This document shows, piece by piece, positions 58,527-64,000 of a DNA stretch of 64,000 nt (positions within the stretch are counted from its first letter, which is position 1; every line of letters starts with the position of its first letter). The notes beneath the pieces were generated by a model. That model did not search any database. It worked only from the letters and a program-made list of their open reading frames with translations, and was not told the origin of the DNA. The DNA is from Cladosporium halotolerans. Its lineage: Eukaryota. Both the position numbers and the translations under genes were made by a program. The DNA lies in NCBI RefSeq assembly GCF_011745625.1, contig NW_027191468.1, forward strand, positions 186,001-250,000, read 5' to 3'.

Positions 58527-61500
58527 ATGGCCGACAGCGACCCAATTTCCGACCACACGCCCGCGAAGAGGAGAAAGATCGACCACTCGTCGAAGCCATG
58601 GACCGAGGACAATGACAGCGGCGACGATCTATTCGACCACGACACCATTGCAACTCTCCCAACAACCGCGCCTCAACGTCCCGCGCTCGGCTATTCGAGC
58701 AAGCAATTCCACAACGATTTCAACACGCTATCCAACAACGTCACGCAGCCTACGCAGCCTCTGTCGCAGGCTAACAACACCTATGCCACCCAGCCAACAC
58801 AGCCGCTCAAGCGCCCAAGCGCTTCCTCAGACGATGTCCAAGTCGAGCGCTCGTCGCCGCCTGCGCCCACGCAGCCACCTCCGATCAAGCAAGCGCCTTT
58901 CGCAAAGCCCAGGAGTTTCCTCGCAAGCGCAATGGCCCCGCCGGGCACCTCTTTCCGCAAACCGCCAGGCATTCAGTCGAAGCCGCCAGCCATTCCCCTA
59001 GATGACAGCGACGAAGATCCGGAAGTACACCACAGCTCGGACGAAGAGGCGGAGGGGCTGAAGTCGAACATCCGGCCGACAATATTCACAAAGGGTGGCC
59101 GCGGTCTCAACTCAAGTCCAAACCAACGGTCGGCGAGCCGGGAGGAGGCGGTGGTCAAGGAGTCGCCGAAGAGCTCGAACCCTCCGAAGCCTCAATCCAC
59201 TCACCCCAACGGATTTCTCTCGTTGATGGCCGACTTCTCGTACAAGGGCTCTCCGGATAAGAACAAGAGGCCTGCGGACGACATGGCGAGCGCGTACGGG
59301 AGTTCGTCGCGGGCGCCAAGGCCTCCGAAGCAGACTGCTCCCGCGCGGCCACAAGATTCAGAGATCTATAAGAGTTTGGACGATATTGAGGACTACGGGA
59401 TGCGCAAGGCGGTCGAGGCTATGATGAACGTTCTCGGAAAAGCCCACAGCATCCAGCGCTATGTCGACGCGCTGATCCGCAAACGCGGCAACCAGCAAGA
59501 CGCCATGGACTGGCTTGTGGAAACATCCGAAGAGACCGACCGCGACGAGCTCGCGCCCACCCCCGTCAGAGCTGGCCCGAAAGGCGTTGCCCGGAGCGTC
59601 CACCAGCCAAGCAGTCAGGCGTCGCAGCCTGCGCGGCCGTCTGCCAGGGCGGATGTTAAAGTGCAGGCGAAGAGTATCGCGGAGAGGTATGCGGCGTCCT
59701 CGCAAGCGGCAGCTAGGAAGCCTTCGCAGCCTACAGCGCCTGCTGCAACGACGATACCAGACGATGACGAGGAAGAGGACGTAGCACCGCGGAGGAAGGG
59801 TAGGCTGATCCAGCGCGGTCGGCCCGTGCGATCGCCTTCTCCCGTTGCCTCGCCGCCAAAACCTGCGGCCAAGCCTTCTAAGAAAGCGGCCATCACCATC
59901 GACTCGGACTCGGAGCCGGCAGAGGAATCTGGCGATGACTCTGAGCAGGGAGAGGTTGAAATCGTCGAAGAGAGCTCGCATGAGGTTGAGCTGCTCAAGT
60001 TCTTCAACGAGGCTTCTCTCCGTGAGATTGCAGATCTTGCTGCTTCGTCGGAGTCGGATGTTCAGCTCATCCTCGATAAGCGGCCTTTCAACACGCTTGA
60101 GGAGATCAGAGTCATCACCAATGCTCCCGAGTTCACGAAATCCGGCAAGAAGTCCAGGGTCAAGCCGATCGGTGACAAGATCGTGGACTCCTGCAGCGAC
60201 ATGCTGAAAGGCTACAATGCTGTCGACGATTTGGTCACAGAGTGTGAGCAGATTGCCAAACCGATTCAAGACGCTCTCAAGAACTGGGGCGTCGGTGACA
60301 ATGGCAGTGGTGAACTGCAGCTCATGAATCTGGAGGAGGCACATGACTCTGGGATTGGAACTCCGGCGAGCTCCACGGATGATCTGCCATCTTCTAAGGG
60401 TCTCACTGGTAAGGGTAAGAAGGGCAAATTCCTCGGACAGCCTGAAAACATGAATCCGGACATCCAAATGAAGGACTATCAGCTGGTCGGCTTGAATTGG
60501 TTGAACCTGCTTTGGTCAAAGAAGATTTCCTGCATACTTGCCGATGACATGGGGCTTGGCAAGACATGTCAGGTCATCAGCTTCTTGTCTCAGCTGCAGC
60601 TGGAAGAGGTTGACGGAGTGCATCTTGTGATTGTTCCAGGCTCGACATTGGAAAACTGGCTGCGCGAGTTTCAAAACTTCTCACCTCAGCTCAAGGTGGT
60701 ACCATACTACGGATCTCAGGCCGAAAGGCCAATGCTGCAGGACACCATCGAGGAGACATTTAATGAGATCGACGTCATCGTCACCACTTATGATATGACA
60801 ACCAAGCCGGACGACAATCGCTTTTTGCGCAATTTGGGTCCTTCGGTCTGCGTGTACGACGAAGCCCACGCTTTGAGGAACCCCAACTCGGACCGCTACC
60901 GCCAGCTCATGCGCATTCCCGCCGACTTCAAGGTCTTGCTCACTGGTACGCCCTTGCAGAACAACCTGCAGGAGCTCATCGCCATCCTCGCCTTCATCAT
61001 GCCTGATCTTTTCTCGTCCAAGGCGGAAGACCTAAACTACATTTTCCAACACAAGGCCACCACGAAGGACGCAGATCACGCCGCGCTGCTCTCGGCTCAG
61101 CGCATCGCCCGTGCTAGATCAATGATGACTCCCTTCATCCTCCGCCGCAAGAAGCAGCAGGTGCTGTGGCTGCCAGCCAAGCACAGTCGTGTGGAGTACT
61201 GCGAGATGACAGACTCGCAGGCGGCCATGTACCAGGACGAGATGGACGCGGCCCGTCAAGTTTTCGAGGACAAGGCGAACGGCAAGAAGGCGCCCGCAAA
61301 GGCTAGCTCGAACGTCCTCATGAACTTACGCAAAGCCGCTATCCACCCTCTGCTCTCCCGTCGGATTTACGATGACAAGCGACTTACCAGAATTCAGAAC
61401 GCGCTACTCAAGGACGTCGAGTTCGCAGGCAACCCTCCGGAGAAGGTATGGAAGTACCTCGTCGGCGAGGGCCCGCAAGTCATCAAAGGCGGCGACTTCG

Positions 61501-62201
61501 GCCTCCACCGCTTCTGCGCGGAGCGCCCCTTCCTCTCCAAATACGAGCTCAAGAAGCAGGAATGGATGGACTGCGGCAAAGTGCAGAAGTTCAAGGAGCT
61601 CGTGCAGGGTTACGCGAAGAACGGCGACCGCGCGCTCGTCTTCTCGCAGTTCACGACGCTCATGGACATCCTCGAGGCCGTGCTGGAGACGATGGGCGTG
61701 CGCTACATGCGCCTCGACGGCAGCACGCGCATGGACATCCGCCAGGACATGATCGACAAGTTCTCCTCCGAGCAGGACATCACGGTCTTCATGCTGTCGA
61801 CCAAGGCCGGCGGCGCGGGCATCAACCTCGCGGCGGCGAACAAGGTCATCATCTTCGACTCGGGCTTCAACCCGCAGGATGACATTCAGGCGGAGAACCG
61901 CGCGCATCGCGTCGGGCAGACGAGGGATGTGGATGTCGTTCGGCTGGTCACGAAGGGGACGATTGAGGAGCAGATCCACGCGCTGGGCGAGAGCAAGCTT
62001 GCTCTCGACGAAAGAGTCGCGGGCGAGGGTGCGACTGCGAGTGAGGATAAGGCCAAGGAGAAGGAGGGCGAGAAGGCGGTTGAGAAGATGTTCATGGAGA
62101 GCTTGAAGGCGAAGAAAGAGGGCGAGGGCGAGGGCGAGGGAGGCGATCTAAAGGATCAGTTCAAGAAAGGCTTGTCGGAGGCCGGACTTGAGGTTTCGTG
62201 A
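58527..62201 (+). CDS. FUN30: SNF2-family chromatin remodeller, Fun30/SMARCAD1 subfamily
   Basis: LADDMGLGKT, DEAH, LLTGTPLQNNL, FSQF, LSTKAGGAGINL, FNPQDDIQAENRAHRVGQ; CUE-like segment in the N-terminal region. Confidence 0.92.
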   Translation: MADSDPISDHTPAKRRKIDHSSKPWTEDNDSGDDLFDHDTIATLPTTAPQRPALGYSSKQFHNDFNTLSNNVTQPTQPLSQANNTYATQPTQPLKRPSASSDDVQVERSSPPAPTQPPPIKQAPFAKPRSFLASAMAPPGTSFRKPPGIQSKPPAIPLDDSDEDPEVHHSSDEEAEGLKSNIRPTIFTKGGRGLNSSPNQRSASREEAVVKESPKSSNPPKPQSTHPNGFLSLMADFSYKGSPDKNKRPADDMASAYGSSSRAPRPPKQTAPARPQDSEIYKSLDDIEDYGMRKAVEAMMNVLGKAHSIQRYVDALIRKRGNQQDAMDWLVETSEETDRDELAPTPVRAGPKGVARSVHQPSSQASQPARPSARADVKVQAKSIAERYAASSQAAARKPSQPTAPAATTIPDDDEEEDVAPRRKGRLIQRGRPVRSPSPVASPPKPAAKPSKKAAITIDSDSEPAEESGDDSEQGEVEIVEESSHEVELLKFFNEASLREIADLAASSESDVQLILDKRPFNTLEEIRVITNAPEFTKSGKKSRVKPIGDKIVDSCSDMLKGYNAVDDLVTECEQIAKPIQDALKNWGVGDNGSGELQLMNLEEAHDSGIGTPASSTDDLPSSKGLTGKGKKGKFLGQPENMNPDIQMKDYQLVGLNWLNLLWSKKISCILADDMGLGKTCQVISFLSQLQLEEVDGVHLVIVPGSTLENWLREFQNFSPQLKVVPYYGSQAERPMLQDTIEETFNEIDVIVTTYDMTTKPDDNRFLRNLGPSVCVYDEAHALRNPNSDRYRQLMRIPADFKVLLTGTPLQNNLQELIAILAFIMPDLFSSKAEDLNYIFQHKATTKDADHAALLSAQRIARARSMMTPFILRRKKQQVLWLPAKHSRVEYCEMTDSQAAMYQDEMDAARQVFEDKANGKKAPAKASSNVLMNLRKAAIHPLLSRRIYDDKRLTRIQNALLKDVEFAGNPPEKVWKYLVGEGPQVIKGGDFGLHRFCAERPFLSKYELKKQEWMDCGKVQKFKELVQGYAKNGDRALVFSQFTTLMDILEAVLETMGVRYMRLDGSTRMDIRQDMIDKFSSEQDITVFMLSTKAGGAGINLAAANKVIIFDSGFNPQDDIQAENRAHRVGQTRDVDVVRLVTKGTIEEQIHALGESKLALDERVAGEGATASEDKAKEKEGEKAVEKMFMESLKAKKEGEGEGEGGDLKDQFKKGLSEAGLEVS

Positions 62202-62917
62202 GCGTGATGACAGCCATGTATGATATGTAGCTCCATTGGGTTGGATGTCAGTTACCAATCAGCGATATTGACCGGCTTTATTGGCCGGCTAGAGGAATAC
62301 AGATTTGCATGATCAAACAATCGCAATTGCCCTAGCGTATCTCAAACGGTGACACTACAGTAGAGAAGGGCCTCGAAAGGCGGGGAATAAGTAGGCCTGC
62401 TACCGTGGCTCGCGATGCTAGGCTAAGGAACGATAGGCCCCTGTCTCAATGGCAGTGTTACCCACAATAGCCGAGCATCGTAGATAGCACGTGTCCAGAT
62501 CACGGAAGTGAATGTGAGCACTTGCGGCTACCGTTCGCTATACGTAGACTGTATGCACGAGCATCGATCGCACGTGACGGCGGCAATATAAGAGGAACAT
62601 GAAGATTATGGAGACCCTAGCCGATTAGTCGAATTGAAGATGTACAGCCGGCCAGGCACATGGGCAGTGAAGAGCGCACGGGCGCGGTCGGCAAGCCAGC
62701 GCGCGAAGCTCTCCCCGCCGCCGCCTCTAGCGCTGTCGTAGCTCGCCATTCCCGCCAGCTGTTCTGATTTCACCCGCCGCGCATCACGGTCCCCTGCTAT
62801 AAACGAAGGCCGTCCACGCGCCGGGCAAACTGTCCTCTTCACCAAGCACTCCACCACCGACACCTCCCTCCCACAAAGCAGCCCGAGTGTCTCCTCGCTG
62901 CACACACACCGCCCACC

Positions 62918-64000
62918 ATGCGTGCCGCTTCGCTTCTTGCTTTCGGTGCCCTGGCCGCCGTCGGGCAGTCCAAGGATGTCCTGGACGACATTGACGACTC
63001 CGCTGCCGAGGCCTCGAGCTCCGTCGCCTCCGCCGTCGAGTCTGTGACCTCTTCTGCTGTCGAGAAGCCCACCTTCACCGTGAGTCTCGCCGCTGTTGGT
63101 CTAAGTAAAAGCCAATGCTAATGTCTCCCACCAGCCCACAAACCTCAAGGCTCCCTTCCTTGAGCAGTTCACCGACGACTGGGAATCCAGGTGGAAGGTC
63201 TCGCACGCGAAGAAGGAGGGTACTGAGGAGGAGTGGACCTACAATGGCAAGTGGTCCGTCGAGGAGCCCACCGTGCTCCGCGGCATCGAGGGCGACAAGG
63301 GTCTCGTCCTCAAGGACAAGGCGGCCCACCACGCCATTTCCTCCAAGTTCGACAAGCCCATCACCAACAAGGATGACACGCTCGTCGTGCAGTACGAGGT
63401 CAAGCTCCAGGCCGGCCTCGAGTGCGGTGGTGCCTACATGAAGCTCCTCCAGGACAACAAGGCCCTCCACGCCGAGGAGTTCTCCAACGCCTCCCCCTAC
63501 ATCATCATGTTCGGCCCCGACAAGTGCGGCTCCACCAACAAGGTCCACTTCATCTTCCGCCACAAGAACCCCAAGACCGGCGAGTACGAGGAGAAGCACC
63601 TCAAGAACACCCCCATGGCTCGCATCACCAAGCAGTCTTCCCTCTACACCCTCATCATCAAGCCCGACCAGACCTACCAGATCAAGGTCGACGGCGAGCA
63701 GGTCCGCGAGGGCTCTCTCCTCGAGGACTTCCTCCCCGCCGTCAACCCGCCTGAGGAGATCGACGACCCCAAGGACTCCAAGCCCGCCGACTGGGTCGAG
63801 GAGGCCAAGATCGCCGACCCCGACGCGACCAAGCCGGAGGACTGGGACGAGGACGCTCCCTTCGAGATCGTCGACGAGGACGCCGAGAAGCCCGCCGACT
63901 GGCTGGACGACGAGCCTGAGATGATCCCCGACCCCGAGGCCGAGAAGCCTGAGGACTGGGACGACGAGGAGGACGGTGACTGGGATGCGCCTCTCGTCCG
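62918..64000 (+). CDS. CNE1: Calnexin, 3' end runs off the window
   Basis: Signal peptide, intron 63080-63134, [20 protein letters not shown] and P-domain repeats such as [14 protein letters not shown]. Confidence 0.96.

Overview
Gene-dense eukaryotic DNA from a filamentous ascomycete. Introns are short GT-AG introns with CTRAC branch points; a Dothideomycete-like origin is my inference. I can support about 29 protein genes, many split by introns so the ORF track misses or mis-starts them, and one intron-containing tRNA-Gly(GCC). Housekeeping genes: Hsk3, Pmp3, CAP/Srv2, myosin I, Pef1, fumarate reductase-cytochrome b5, pyridoxal kinase, dynamitin, Vma21, Fun30 and calnexin. Accessory-type genes: GFA, O-methyltransferase, MBL lactonase-like, CMD/AhpD, sulfotransferase-like, CorA-like, DHA2 efflux pump and LanC-like. 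I see no transposon, CRISPR array, rRNA or core biosynthetic enzyme. Strongest leads: (1) CAP/Srv2 and the DUF2406 gene each carry, inside intron 1, an in-frame ATG encoding a second N-terminus that echoes the conserved motif of exon 1; (2) an uncharacterised membrane-anchored protein with tandem UIMs, an NPF and an Atg8-type motif; (3) a 74-bp tandem array with RIP-like mutations upstream of a DEMETER-related DNA glycosylase; (4) an OMT-lactonase-CMD module with a CCG/CGG palindrome. All calls come from manual reading and recalled family motifs. No database search was run, so novelty is unproven.
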